IMG/VR virus record: IMGVR_UViG_3300048851_000176
Location: 1-30,392 of that record
Source: a virus
Taxonomy: Duplodnaviria > Caudoviricetes
Direction: 5' to 3' (one strand)
Length of the DNA stretch: 30,392 bases
The notes below the pieces were generated by a model. The model did no database searches, had not been told where the DNA came from, and was given only the letters and a program-made list of their open reading frames with translations. Within the stretch, counting starts at the first letter, position 1. Each line of letters opens with the position of its first letter. The position numbers and the translations under genes are program-made. Of this stretch, positions 1-8,312 are shown in pieces.

Positions 1-531
1 ATGCCACCGCTCGACCATCCGCGCCACGAGCGGTTCGCCCAGCTAGTGGCTCGTGGTGACCGGCTGAAGACGGCCTATGACGAGGCCGGCTATACGGCCA
101 ATCGAGCCCACGCCCACCGGCTGAAGACACGCGAGGACGTCAGCGGACGCATCGTGGAGCTGACCCTGGAAGGGGCACGACGCGCCGAGATCGACATTGC
201 CCGCGTGCTCGTTGAACTCATGCGGATCGGAACCTCCGACCTGCGCCGAGCTTTCGACGCCGAAGGCAACCTGATCGACCCCACGCACTGGGATGACGAC
301 CTCGCCGCTTCCATCGCTTCCATCGAGGTGGTGAGCCGGGCCGGCAAGGCCGAGGACGGCAAGCGGCCGGTGGAATATGTCCACAAGATCAAGACCTGGG
401 ACAAGATCAGCGCGCTCGACAAGCTGGCGCGACATCTGGGGCTCTACAACGACACGCTCAACGTCAATGTCACCGATGATCTGGCCCTTCGCCTCGCCAA
501 GGCCAAGGCACGGGCAAGCGGCGCCGGGTAG
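1..531 (+). CDS. terS: Terminase small subunit
   Basis: N-terminal RHERFAQLVARG..AYDEAGY HTH-like motif and C-terminal KIKTWDKISALDKLARHLGL typical of TerS; lies upstream of TerL. Confidence 0.88.
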   Translation: MPPLDHPRHERFAQLVARGDRLKTAYDEAGYTANRAHAHRLKTREDVSGRIVELTLEGARRAEIDIARVLVELMRIGTSDLRRAFDAEGNLIDPTHWDDDLAASIASIEVVSRAGKAEDGKRPVEYVHKIKTWDKISALDKLARHLGLYNDTLNVNVTDDLALRLAKAKARASGAG

Positions 532-556
532 CCAAGCCACCCGGCGCCATCAGGCA

Positions 557-799
557 TCAGTAGCCGTCGCGGTAATAGCCACGGCGGTGATGGTAGGACC
601 GCCGGTAGCGCGGGCCGTCGTAATAATGCGACCGGCCGTAGTAGGGCGCGGGATAGATCGGCGCGGCAACGTAAGGCACCGGCGCCGGAGCATAGTAAGT
701 GTCGGCGTAGCCGTAGTAACCGCCGTCGGCCACGCAGGCAGACAGTGACACGCCGGCAAGCAGAACCGCACCAACGGTTGCAATTGATTTCATGCGCAT
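557..799 (-). CDS. Small Tyr/Pro/Arg-rich predicted lipoprotein (80 aa)
   Basis: GGAGG RBS before ATG at 799; signal peptide with lipobox LSAC; low-complexity YYAPAPVPY...YYGR tail like small alphaproteobacterial chromosomal proteins. Confidence 0.7.
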   Translation of the reverse strand: MRMKSIATVGAVLLAGVSLSACVADGGYYGYADTYYAPAPVPYVAAPIYPAPYYGRSHYYDGPRYRRSYHHRRGYYRDGY

Positions 800-954
800 G
801 AGCACATCCTCCATATAAGACCGAATATAGGGCGCCTTCAGGCCGCCTGCCATCCTGCGCCCTCTACAACCACGCTGCGACATCACCATCCATCAGCCAC
901 CCGCGCAAAAGCAGGCCATCACGCGCGTTGAACGCTCTGAGCACGGAGGCTGTG

Positions 955-2409
955 TTGACATCCAGCACGTCGGAAGACGACCTCATCACCTGGGTCGCCT
1001 CCTGCCAGCATGACCCCCTGGCCTTCGCGCGCGGCGCCTGGGACTGGGGCTCGGGAGACCTTGCCGGTCTTGCCGGGCCGCGGCCGTGGCAGGCTGATAT
1101 CCTGGGCCTGATCCGTGATCATCTGGCCGATCCCCAAAAGCGCTTCGAGCCGCTGCAGATTGCGGTCGCCTCCGGGCACGGCATCGGCAAATCAGCGCTG
1201 ATGGGCATGGTGTCGGCCTGGGCCATGTCCGCCTTCGACAAGGCCAAGGTTTTGGCCACCGCCAATACCGACACGCAGCTGCGGACCAAGACCGCGCCGG
1301 AGGTGGGACGCTGGTTCCAGAGCGCCATCACCGGGCACTGGTTCGACGTGCGCAGCGCCGGCATCAAGGCGCGTGACAAGGCCGCCTCGGATGCATGGCG
1401 CATGGACTTCATCCCCTGGTCGGAACATAACACCGAGGCCTTTGCCGGCCTGCACAACAAGGGGCGCATCATCGTCCTGCTGTTCGATGAAGCCTCCAAG
1501 ATCGCCGACAAGGTGTGGGAAGTGGCTGAAGGCGCCATGACCGACGAAGGCACGGTTCTGATCTGGATCGCTTTCGGCAACCCGACGCGCAACACCGGCC
1601 GCTTCCGCGAATGCTTCCGGCGGTTCCGCGCCTGGTGGGTGACGCGGCAGATCGACAGCCGCACCGTGCCTGGCACCAACAAGGCCTATCTCCAGCGCCT
1701 CGTCGACCAGTATGGCGAGGACAGTGATGTCGTAAAATACCGGGTGCGCGGCATGTTTCCTTCAGCCTCCGCCCGGCAGTTCATTTCGACCGAAGATGTC
1801 GACGCCGCGCGCCGGGTTCACCTGACGCCGCAGCAGTATGGCTTTGCCCCGGCGATCCTGGGCGTCGACCCCGCCTGGACCGGCGAGGACGAGTTCGTCA
1901 TCGTCCTGCGTCAGGGGCTTTACTCCAAGGTGCTGGCAACCTTTGCCCGCAACGACGACGACATGCAGATGGCCGCCGTGATCGCGCGTCTGGAGCGCGA
2001 GCACAGGGCCGCCGCCGTCTTCGTCGATGGCGGCTTCGGCACGGGGATCGTTTCGGCCGGGCGGTCCATGGGGCGGGCCTGGCAGCTGATCTGGTTTTCC
2101 GGCAAGCCGGCCGATCCCGGCTGCGTCAACAAACGCGCCGAGATGTGGCGCGACATGCGGGACTGGCTGAAGGCCGGCGGCGCCATCGATCCGGCGGACG
2201 ACGTGCTCTACCACGACCTCATCGCACCCGAGCTGGTGGGGCGGCCCGACGGCAAGGTCCTGCTGGAAAGCAAGGACGACATGAAGGGCCGCGACATCCC
2301 CTCGCCCAACCGGGCGGACGCCCTGGCGCTGACCTTCGCCCATCCGGTGTTTCTGGATGCGGGGGATGGCGCTGATGGGGTCGAGGTGGAGTACCGGCCC
2401 TATGGGTGA
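955..2409 (+). CDS. terL: Terminase large subunit
   Basis: Walker A VASGHGIGKS, Walker B VLLFDEAS, GNPT motif, nuclease motifs GVDPA and SPNRADALALTFA. Start TTG 955 chosen from GGAGG at 945-949 (frame open from 928). Confidence 0.95.
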   Translation: MTSSTSEDDLITWVASCQHDPLAFARGAWDWGSGDLAGLAGPRPWQADILGLIRDHLADPQKRFEPLQIAVASGHGIGKSALMGMVSAWAMSAFDKAKVLATANTDTQLRTKTAPEVGRWFQSAITGHWFDVRSAGIKARDKAASDAWRMDFIPWSEHNTEAFAGLHNKGRIIVLLFDEASKIADKVWEVAEGAMTDEGTVLIWIAFGNPTRNTGRFRECFRRFRAWWVTRQIDSRTVPGTNKAYLQRLVDQYGEDSDVVKYRVRGMFPSASARQFISTEDVDAARRVHLTPQQYGFAPAILGVDPAWTGEDEFVIVLRQGLYSKVLATFARNDDDMQMAAVIARLEREHRAAAVFVDGGFGTGIVSAGRSMGRAWQLIWFSGKPADPGCVNKRAEMWRDMRDWLKAGGAIDPADDVLYHDLIAPELVGRPDGKVLLESKDDMKGRDIPSPNRADALALTFAHPVFLDAGDGADGVEVEYRPYG

Positions 2410-2431
2410 ATTTGCGGGTCAGCAAAAAAGG

Positions 2432-2586
2432 AACTCGTGGATGCCCGCCCCAAGGGCGGGCATGACGAGATTGACGCGAGCGTTACCCACCTCTTAGGCC
2501 CAAAGCCAAGACCTGCGGCAGCACAGACCATCAACAACGCCTACCTCAACCGTCATGCCCGGGCCTGGCCCGGGTATCCACGAGTT
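2432..2586. repeat. Inverted pair of 32-nt CGTC-tagged REP palindromes (2436-2467 and 2551-2582)
   Basis: cgtggatgcccgccccaagggcgggcatgacg and cgtcatgcccgggcctggcccgggtatccacg; flanking aact/agtt extends the inverted match. Confidence 0.88.
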
Positions 2587-2655
2587 GCGGCGGGGGGTCC
2601 ACGGCACAGTCGGCGTTGTCTGCGCCTGCTGCAACAGCCCCGTGACCAGCAACTT

Positions 2656-2756
2656 CGCCAAGCCGGCCTTCGTCCGGTCATCCACACGATCACCCAACTC
2701 AATGGCCCCGTCCGGGATCCCGTGACGCTGCGTGGATGGCCGCACCAAGCCGGCAT
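2656..2756. repeat. Degenerate second REP doublet (2656-2685 and 2731-2756)
   Basis: cgccaagccggccttcgtccggtcatccac and cgtggatggccgcaccaagccggcat keep the ATCCAC/GTGGAT ends and partial stems. Confidence 0.5.
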
Positions 2757-2775
2757 TTCCCTTCAGGAGAGCATC

Positions 2776-3024
2776 ATGTGCATGACGTTCCAGGGTGTGG
2801 ACCTTCGCGGCGCCAGCATCCGCAGTGCCTCCCGGGCGGAGGTGGAGGCGGTTCGAGCCAAGGCCGGTGTCGCGCCTGCAACGGCCATGGCGTCCGAACG
2901 CTATGCCTCGCGCGGCGGCACCGGCTCGCCTGCCACGGACACGAGTTCGCGCAGCCGCGCGCTTCTGACCGGCGCGCCTGCCGCAGGCCCCGCCGGGGCC
3001 AAGAAAACCCTTCTCGGATCATGA
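2776..3024 (+). CDS. Small virion protein, MC...KTLLG type (T7 gp7.3-like position), copy 1
   Basis: AGGAG RBS at 2765-2769; starts MCM, ends LLTG...AKKTLLGS; just upstream of portal. Confidence 0.7.
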   Translation: MCMTFQGVDLRGASIRSASRAEVEAVRAKAGVAPATAMASERYASRGGTGSPATDTSSRSRALLTGAPAAGPAGAKKTLLGS

Positions 3025-3035
3025 GGCCCCCATCC

Positions 3036-3248
3036 ATGTGCCTGTTCAAGACGCCCAAAGCCCCGCCGCCGCCGGTCCTGCCGCCCGAACCCGCCCGTGC
3101 CCGCCGCCCTGACGGCGAGGCCATCGCCACCGGCGCGCGGCGGCGCGTGTCCGACCAGATGCGCAGCCGCGCCGCCACCATCCTGACCAGCGGCCAGGGC
3201 GCGGTCGAGGACGCGGATCTCACCAAGAAAACCCTGCTGGGAGCCTGA
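3036..3248 (+). CDS. Small virion protein, MC...KTLLG type, copy 2
   Basis: MCLFKTPKAPPPP start, TILTSGQG...TKKTLLGA end; immediately precedes portal. Confidence 0.78.
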   Translation: MCLFKTPKAPPPPVLPPEPARARRPDGEAIATGARRRVSDQMRSRAATILTSGQGAVEDADLTKKTLLGA

Positions 3249-3252
3249 CCCC

Positions 3253-4908
3253 ATGGATCGTTCACGCCACGAGCGGCGCCTTGCAGCTTTGAAGAACCAG
3301 CGCGCCGAATGGGAGCCGCTGTGGCGCGAGCTCGCCGATTACATCGCGCCCGAACGCCTGCGCCTGACGCGGCGCGAAAACACCGGCAAACTGCTGGGCG
3401 AGAAGATCATCGACGAGACCGGCACCTTTGCCTGGCGCACGCTCTCGGCTGGCCTGATGACGGGCCTGACCTCGCCCTCGCGGCCCTGGTTTCGGCTTCA
3501 GGCGGGCGATGCGGCGCTCAATGAATACGGGCCGGTGAAGGTCAAGATCGGCTCGGACGAGCGGCGGTTGCGGCAGGCCTTTGCCGGCTCCAACTTCTAC
3601 AACGCCCTGCAGACGGGCTATGGCGACCTTGCGCTCTTCGGCCAGTTTGCAGCCCTGATGGTGGAGGACGAGGACCGCCTGTTCCGCCTCCTCTCCCTCA
3701 CCACGGGCGACTACTGGATCGCGGCCAATCACCAGGGCACGGTCGACACGCTCTACCGCCGCTGCGACATGACCGTCGAGCAGATGGTGCAGCGCTTCAA
3801 GGACAGGGTCAGCACCACGGTGATGAACCTTTACGATCGCGGCCAGTACGACGAGTGGATCCCGGTCTATCACGCGGTTGAGCCGCGCCGGGAGCGCGAC
3901 ATCACCCGGGCCGACCGCCGCAACAAGAAGTTCCTCTCCAACTACTGGGAGGAAGGCGAAAGCCGCGACGCGCTGCTGGAGGAAAGCGGCTTTGACGAAA
4001 ACCCCATCCTGGCGCCGCGCTGGGACGTGATCGGCTCGGACCACTGGGGCCGCTCGGCCGCCATGGTGGCACTGCCCGGCGTCAAGCAGCTGCAGGTGGA
4101 GCAGTCCCGCAAGGGCGAGGCCATCGACAAGATGGTGCGCCCGCCCATGCAGGGGCCGCCGTCCATGAAGAACAACCCCAAGAGCCTGCTGCCGGGCGCC
4201 ATCACCTATGTGGACGACCCCACCGGCCGCGGCTTCCGCCCGGCCATGGAGGTGCGCCTCTCGGTAGCTGAGCTTGCGGCCGACATCCGCGAAGTGCAGG
4301 AGCGCGTGCGGCAGGCCTTCTACGCCGACCTCTTCCTGATGATCTCCACCATGGACGGCATCCAGCCGCGCAACCAGTTCGAGATCGCCGAGCGGCGCGA
4401 GGAGAAGCTGCTGGCGCTGGGGCCCGTCATCGAGCGGCTGCAGAACGAGCTTCTGCGCGCGGCCATCGATCGTGGCTATGCGATCCTCGACCGCCGGGGC
4501 GCGCTGGAACCGCCCCCGCCCGAGCTCGAGGGCCAGGAGCTGGAGATCGACTACATCTCGACGCTCGCCCAGGCGCAGAAGGCGGCGGCAACAGGCACCA
4601 TCGAGCGCTTCTGGGGCTTTGTCGGCAACCTCGCCGGCATGAACCCTGCTGTGCTCGACAAGGCCGACGCCGACCAGTCCATCGACGAATACGCCGAGAT
4701 GGTGGGCGTACCGGCTTCCATCGTGCGCTCGGATGATGCGGTGGAACAGCTGCGCGCAGAGCGCGCCGCCGCGCAGGAGCAGCAGATGAAGATCGAGCAG
4801 ATGGCGGCCATGGCGCCTGTCGCCAGGCAGGGCGCGGAGGCGGCAAAGGTGCTGGCCGAGACCGACGCGGGTGGTGAGAACCTGGCGCAGAAGATCGGGC
4901 TGGCATGA
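3253..4908 (+). CDS. Portal / head-to-tail connector (Bbp21/T7 gp8-like)
   Basis: 551 aa; WEPLWRELADYIAP, GLMTGLTSPSRPWFRL, FYADLFLM, EIAERREEKLLALGPVIERLQNELL motifs of podoviral connectors. Confidence 0.93.
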   Translation: MDRSRHERRLAALKNQRAEWEPLWRELADYIAPERLRLTRRENTGKLLGEKIIDETGTFAWRTLSAGLMTGLTSPSRPWFRLQAGDAALNEYGPVKVKIGSDERRLRQAFAGSNFYNALQTGYGDLALFGQFAALMVEDEDRLFRLLSLTTGDYWIAANHQGTVDTLYRRCDMTVEQMVQRFKDRVSTTVMNLYDRGQYDEWIPVYHAVEPRRERDITRADRRNKKFLSNYWEEGESRDALLEESGFDENPILAPRWDVIGSDHWGRSAAMVALPGVKQLQVEQSRKGEAIDKMVRPPMQGPPSMKNNPKSLLPGAITYVDDPTGRGFRPAMEVRLSVAELAADIREVQERVRQAFYADLFLMISTMDGIQPRNQFEIAERREEKLLALGPVIERLQNELLRAAIDRGYAILDRRGALEPPPPELEGQELEIDYISTLAQAQKAAATGTIERFWGFVGNLAGMNPAVLDKADADQSIDEYAEMVGVPASIVRSDDAVEQLRAERAAAQEQQMKIEQMAAMAPVARQGAEAAKVLAETDAGGENLAQKIGLA

Positions 4909-5261
4909 TGAGCGAAACCGAAACACGCGCCGCGATCGAGGCGGCCGAGGATCTTGAGGCCGTGCTGGCGACGCCTGCCGGGCGGCGGCTCATCTACCGG
5001 ATGCTGGGCGAATGCGGGGTGTACCGATCGAGCTTTTCGGGCAACTCCGGCTCGTTTTTCCAGGAGGGCAAGCGGGCCATCGGCCTGTGGCTGATCTCCG
5101 AGATGGAGGGCGTTGACGTGACCGCTTACCCGAGGATGCTGCTGGAACGCGCGGAGCACCGCGCGGCTGTTGAGGCGATGGGGGATGGGAGCGACCGAAT
5201 AGTCGCAGCAGCGGCAACTCCGTCATCTGCACCTCGCTGGCCGCAAAGGCGTGGATGCTAG
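4905..5261 (+). CDS. Bbp19-like small phage protein, C-terminus running into a REP
   Basis: DLEAVLATPAGRRLIYRMLGECGVYRSSF...FQEGKRAIGLWL; ATGA overlap with portal stop. Confidence 0.8.
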   Translation: MMSETETRAAIEAAEDLEAVLATPAGRRLIYRMLGECGVYRSSFSGNSGSFFQEGKRAIGLWLISEMEGVDVTAYPRMLLERAEHRAAVEAMGDGSDRIVAAAATPSSAPRWPQRRGC

Positions 5262-5346
5262 GCACAAGGCCTGGCATGACGGTGGATGCCGTACCGCCGG
5301 AGAGCCAACCTCATCGTCATGCTCGCCCTTGTGGCGAGCATCCACG
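5250..5346. repeat. REP pair upstream of GIY-YIG (5250-5281 reverse, 5315-5346 forward)
   Basis: cgtggatgctaggcacaaggcctggcatgacg and cgtcatgctcgcccttgtggcgagcatccacg. Confidence 0.9.
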
Positions 5347-5431
5347 AATTTCTTCTTGCCGGCAGTTCAGCCTTTACAGCGCTTGTCCTGCATGGCTGGA
5401 ATCCAAGCACCGGGACCAACAGGCAGCAACG

Positions 5432-5716
5432 ATGGCTGGCTACGTCTACATCATGACCAACCGGCCGAACGGCACGCTCTACATCGGCGTCACAGCCGAC
5501 CTGCCCCGCCGCATCTACGAACATCGCGAGGGACTCTACAAAGGCTTTACCAAGCGCTACGGCCTGAAGATGCTCGTTTGGTACGAAGCCTTCGATGACA
5601 TCCGCGATGCCATCCAGCGCGAGACCTCGATGAAGCGCTGGCTTCGGGCCTACAAGGTCCGCGCCATCATGGATATGAACCCGGACTGGCGGGACCTCTA
5701 CGAAGATTTCGCTTAA
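5432..5716 (+). CDS. Small stand-alone GIY-YIG nuclease (94 aa)
   Basis: GYVYIMTNRPNGTLYIGVTADLPRRIYEHREG...FTKRYGLKMLVWYE...AIQRETSMKRW...NPDWRDLYE; catalytic Tyr/Arg/Glu pattern intact. Confidence 0.93.
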   Translation: MAGYVYIMTNRPNGTLYIGVTADLPRRIYEHREGLYKGFTKRYGLKMLVWYEAFDDIRDAIQRETSMKRWLRAYKVRAIMDMNPDWRDLYEDFA

Positions 5717-5733
5717 CTCCTGAGCCTCCGCCC

Positions 5734-5859
5734 CATCATGGTGGCCCCACGACTTTTGCCTTTGGCAAAATCCAGATGTGGCGAGCATCCACGAATGTCT
5801 TCGCCTTCGACGCGCCCGCCGCAAAGGCGTGGATGCTAGGCACAAGGCCTAGCATGACG
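5734..5859. repeat. REP doublet downstream of GIY-YIG (loop-expanded copy 5734-5793; intact copy 5828-5859)
   Basis: catcatggtggcc-[33 nt]-ggcgagcatccacg and cgtggatgctaggcacaaggcctagcatgacg. Confidence 0.82.
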
Positions 5860-5926
5860 GTGGGAGCCGCGCTGGTCGAGGGCGAGCCGCCCCTTCAAGC
5901 ACCCAGAACATTTGCCGGAGACAGCA

Positions 5927-6592
5927 ATGACCATCGACACGATCGGCGGGCTTTACGCGCGCCTGTGCCTTGCCCCTGACACCGAAGGCACATCAGGCGA
6001 CAGCTTCGCCATGGCCGACGGCGGCGCTGAAACTGCGCTTTATGGCGAGGACGCCGGTGCCGCCGAGGCGCCCGCCACCGAGGACGGCGCCGAGGCCGAG
6101 GCCCCTGCCCCCGACGAAGTGCCCGGCGATGGCCGCTACGACTTCACCCTTCCCGAGGGCGTCGAGCTGGACAAGGCGCTGGCCGATGAGGCCATGCCTG
6201 TCCTCAAGGAAGCCGGCCTCACCCGCGACCAGGCCAACCGCATGGCGGGCTTCCTGGCGCAGGTGCGCCAGCGCGAGCATTCCCGCGTGTCCGAGCACTG
6301 GGCCAGAACCCAGGGCGACTGGGTGCGTGCTGTCAAAACCGACAGAGAGATCGGCGGCGAGAATTTCTCCGCCTCCGTGGCGGCGTCGAACCGGCTGATT
6401 GCCCGGCACGGCACGCCCGAACTGATCGACTACCTGCAATCATCCGGGGCAGGCAACAACCCGGAAATGGTTCGTTTCTGCACCAGAATCGCCGCCGCAC
6501 TCAGCGAAGACAGCCCCGTCAGCCCCGAAGTGCCGGCCGGATCGCGCAAGACCGACCACGTCGACATCCTTTACCCCACATCACGAGGCTGA
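5927..6592 (+). CDS. Capsid scaffolding/assembly protein
   Basis: GGAG RBS; acidic N-half, YDFTLPEGVELD, KEAGLTRDQAN, GAGNNPEMVRF, ends DILYP; directly upstream of MCP. Confidence 0.82.
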   Translation: MTIDTIGGLYARLCLAPDTEGTSGDSFAMADGGAETALYGEDAGAAEAPATEDGAEAEAPAPDEVPGDGRYDFTLPEGVELDKALADEAMPVLKEAGLTRDQANRMAGFLAQVRQREHSRVSEHWARTQGDWVRAVKTDREIGGENFSASVAASNRLIARHGTPELIDYLQSSGAGNNPEMVRFCTRIAAALSEDSPVSPEVPAGSRKTDHVDILYPTSRG

Positions 6593-6599
6593 CCCCAAG

Positions 6600-7610
6600 A
6601 TGGCAACCATCGGTTCCACCTATCTCAACATCATCGACGTCATGCAGCGCTCTGAGAACGGCAAGCAGATCGCGGCCGTCATCGAGCTCCTGAAGCAGCA
6701 GAACCCCATTCTCGACGATGCCATGGCCGTGGAGGCCAACATGGGCGCCGTCCACCGCCACACCATCCGCACCGGCCTGCCTGATGTCACCTGGGGCCGG
6801 CTCTACCAGGGCATCCGCCAGTCGAAAAGCACGACCCAGCAGGTCGATGACACCACCGGCTTTGTCGAGGCGCTTTCCACCGTCGACCAGCGCATCCTGG
6901 ATCTGGCCCCCAACCGCGGCGCGCTGCGCCTGTCGGAAGCCACCGCCTTCCTTGAGGCCATGAACCAGGAGATGGCAACCGGCCTGTTCTACCACGACAC
7001 CGCCACGACGCCCGAGAAGTTCAAGGGCCTCTCGTCCCGCTTCAACGTGGTGGGCGGCGGCGGCGCGGGCAACCAGGTGATCGATGCCGGCGGCACCGGC
7101 GGCGACAACACCTCCATCTGGTTCGTCACCTGGGGTGATAACTACTCGCACCTCATCTACCCCAAGGGCTCCAAGGCCGGCCTGCAGCGCCAGGACATGG
7201 GACGCCAGCGCGTCATCGACGCCGACGGCAACCCCTATTATGTCGAGGAAGAGAAGTTCACCTGGCACCTTGGCCTTGCCGTCAAGGACTGGCGCTATGT
7301 CTCGCGCATCGCCAACATCGACGTCTCGGCGGTGGAAGCGGGCACGGTGGATCTCTATGGCCTCCTGCGCCAGGCCTACTATCGCCTGCAGTCGCGCCGC
7401 GTCGCCGGCGGGCGCCAGGCCATCTACCTCAACCGCCACATGATGGAAGCGCTCGACAGCCTCGCCACCAACGGCGGCTCCGGCGACAACTTCGTGCGCC
7501 TCACCCCGCGCGAGATCGAGGGCAAGGAAGTCATGACCTATCGCGGCATCCCGCTGCGCGAGACCGACGCCCTGCTCAACACCGAAGCCACCGTCCCGGC
7601 CGCCGCCTGA
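6600..7610 (+). CDS. Major capsid protein (Bbp17-like)
   Basis: 336 aa; IELLKQQNPILDD, RTGLPDVTWGRLYQG, GLAVKDWRYVSRIANID, GIPLRETDALLNTE. Confidence 0.93.
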   Translation: MATIGSTYLNIIDVMQRSENGKQIAAVIELLKQQNPILDDAMAVEANMGAVHRHTIRTGLPDVTWGRLYQGIRQSKSTTQQVDDTTGFVEALSTVDQRILDLAPNRGALRLSEATAFLEAMNQEMATGLFYHDTATTPEKFKGLSSRFNVVGGGGAGNQVIDAGGTGGDNTSIWFVTWGDNYSHLIYPKGSKAGLQRQDMGRQRVIDADGNPYYVEEEKFTWHLGLAVKDWRYVSRIANIDVSAVEAGTVDLYGLLRQAYYRLQSRRVAGGRQAIYLNRHMMEALDSLATNGGSGDNFVRLTPREIEGKEVMTYRGIPLRETDALLNTEATVPAAA

Positions 7611-7639
7611 TCCCCTTCGGACAACAAGGAATTTTCCAG

Positions 7640-8089
7640 ATGATTTTCGACAAGACGACTTTGTTCTCCGATGCGCAGGCCGTGACGGCCTCGGCCGCTT
7701 CCACCAATGTGGTGGACCTCGGCCCCGTCGACCGCGTGGCGGGCACCTCGGCGCCGCTGCGCCGCGACATCGGCCGCGGCACCCCCATCCCCCTCAGCGT
7801 GCAGGTGGTGGAGCCCTTCGCGGGCCTCACCTCGCTGACTGTTTCGGTGCAGACATCGGACGATGCCGGTTTCGGCTCCGGCGTCGTGACCCATGCCTCC
7901 TCGGGCGCGGTACCTGTCGCTGATCTCAAGGCGGGCTGGACCTCCACCCTGAACTACGTGCCGCCCGCAGGCCCCGCCGGCATGAAGCGCTACCTGCGCC
8001 TCAACTACACGGTGACGGGCAGCAACGCCTCCGCGGGAAAGGTGACCGCGGGCGTCACCATGGGACACCAGACCAATGACTGCCGCTAA
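7640..8089 (+). CDS. Bbp16-like capsid cement/decoration protein
   Basis: MIFDKTTLFSDAQAVTASAASTNVVDLG...KRYLRLNYTVTG...GKVTAG; follows MCP. Confidence 0.87.
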   Translation: MIFDKTTLFSDAQAVTASAASTNVVDLGPVDRVAGTSAPLRRDIGRGTPIPLSVQVVEPFAGLTSLTVSVQTSDDAGFGSGVVTHASSGAVPVADLKAGWTSTLNYVPPAGPAGMKRYLRLNYTVTGSNASAGKVTAGVTMGHQTNDCR

Positions 8090-8312
8090 GGCCAGGGTCA
8101 TCACCGTCCGCGCCACCGCCGTGGGTTACCACGGCGGGAGGCTGCGGGAGGTGGGTGAGGTGTTTGGTTATGAGGTGGCGGCAGGGGTGAAGCTGCCGCG
8201 CTGGGTGGTGGCGGCGCGGCGTAAGAGGGCTCATCAGTCGAATTCGACAAAGGCACTTTCACAGGTGAACCAGGTATCGAGCCACGTCACTAAAAGCCCC
8301 TCTCCTTCGTAG
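8076..8312 (+). CDS. Small phage protein, C-terminus probably replaced by an insertion
   Basis: VRATAVGYHGGRLREVGEVF...LPRWV motif of small post-capsid proteins; last 79 bp overlap a convergent gene. Confidence 0.6.
   Translation: MTAAKARVITVRATAVGYHGGRLREVGEVFGYEVAAGVKLPRWVVAARRKRAHQSNSTKALSQVNQVSSHVTKSPSPS

Larger units (their letters stand above)
5240..5863 (+). mobile_element. GIY-YIG cassette bounded by 46-bp direct repeats (5240-5285, 5818-5863) containing REPs
   Basis: gccgcaaaggcgtggatgctaggcacaaggcct(g/a)gcatgacggtgg at both ends, one mismatch; a second direct repeat tgtggcgagcatccacgaat at 5330-5349 and 5777-5796. Confidence 0.65.

Noticed and set aside
2437-2775. ORF starts or extensions such as MDARPKGGHD, MDARHKAWHD (5251), MLGTRP (5255) and MDTRHKGGHD (13086)
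   Set aside because: These peptides are translations of the REP sequence; real starts with RBS lie downstream.
3262-4926. Long antisense ORFs over portal (554 aa), MCP, tail tube B and 22235-24529 (764 aa)
   Set aside because: Shadow frames expected from high-GC codon bias opposite well-supported genes; no recognisable motifs.
5432-5716. GIY-YIG as an intron-encoded homing endonuclease
   Set aside because: Only the ~94-aa catalytic domain, no DNA-binding extension, intergenic, and no group I intron features seen.
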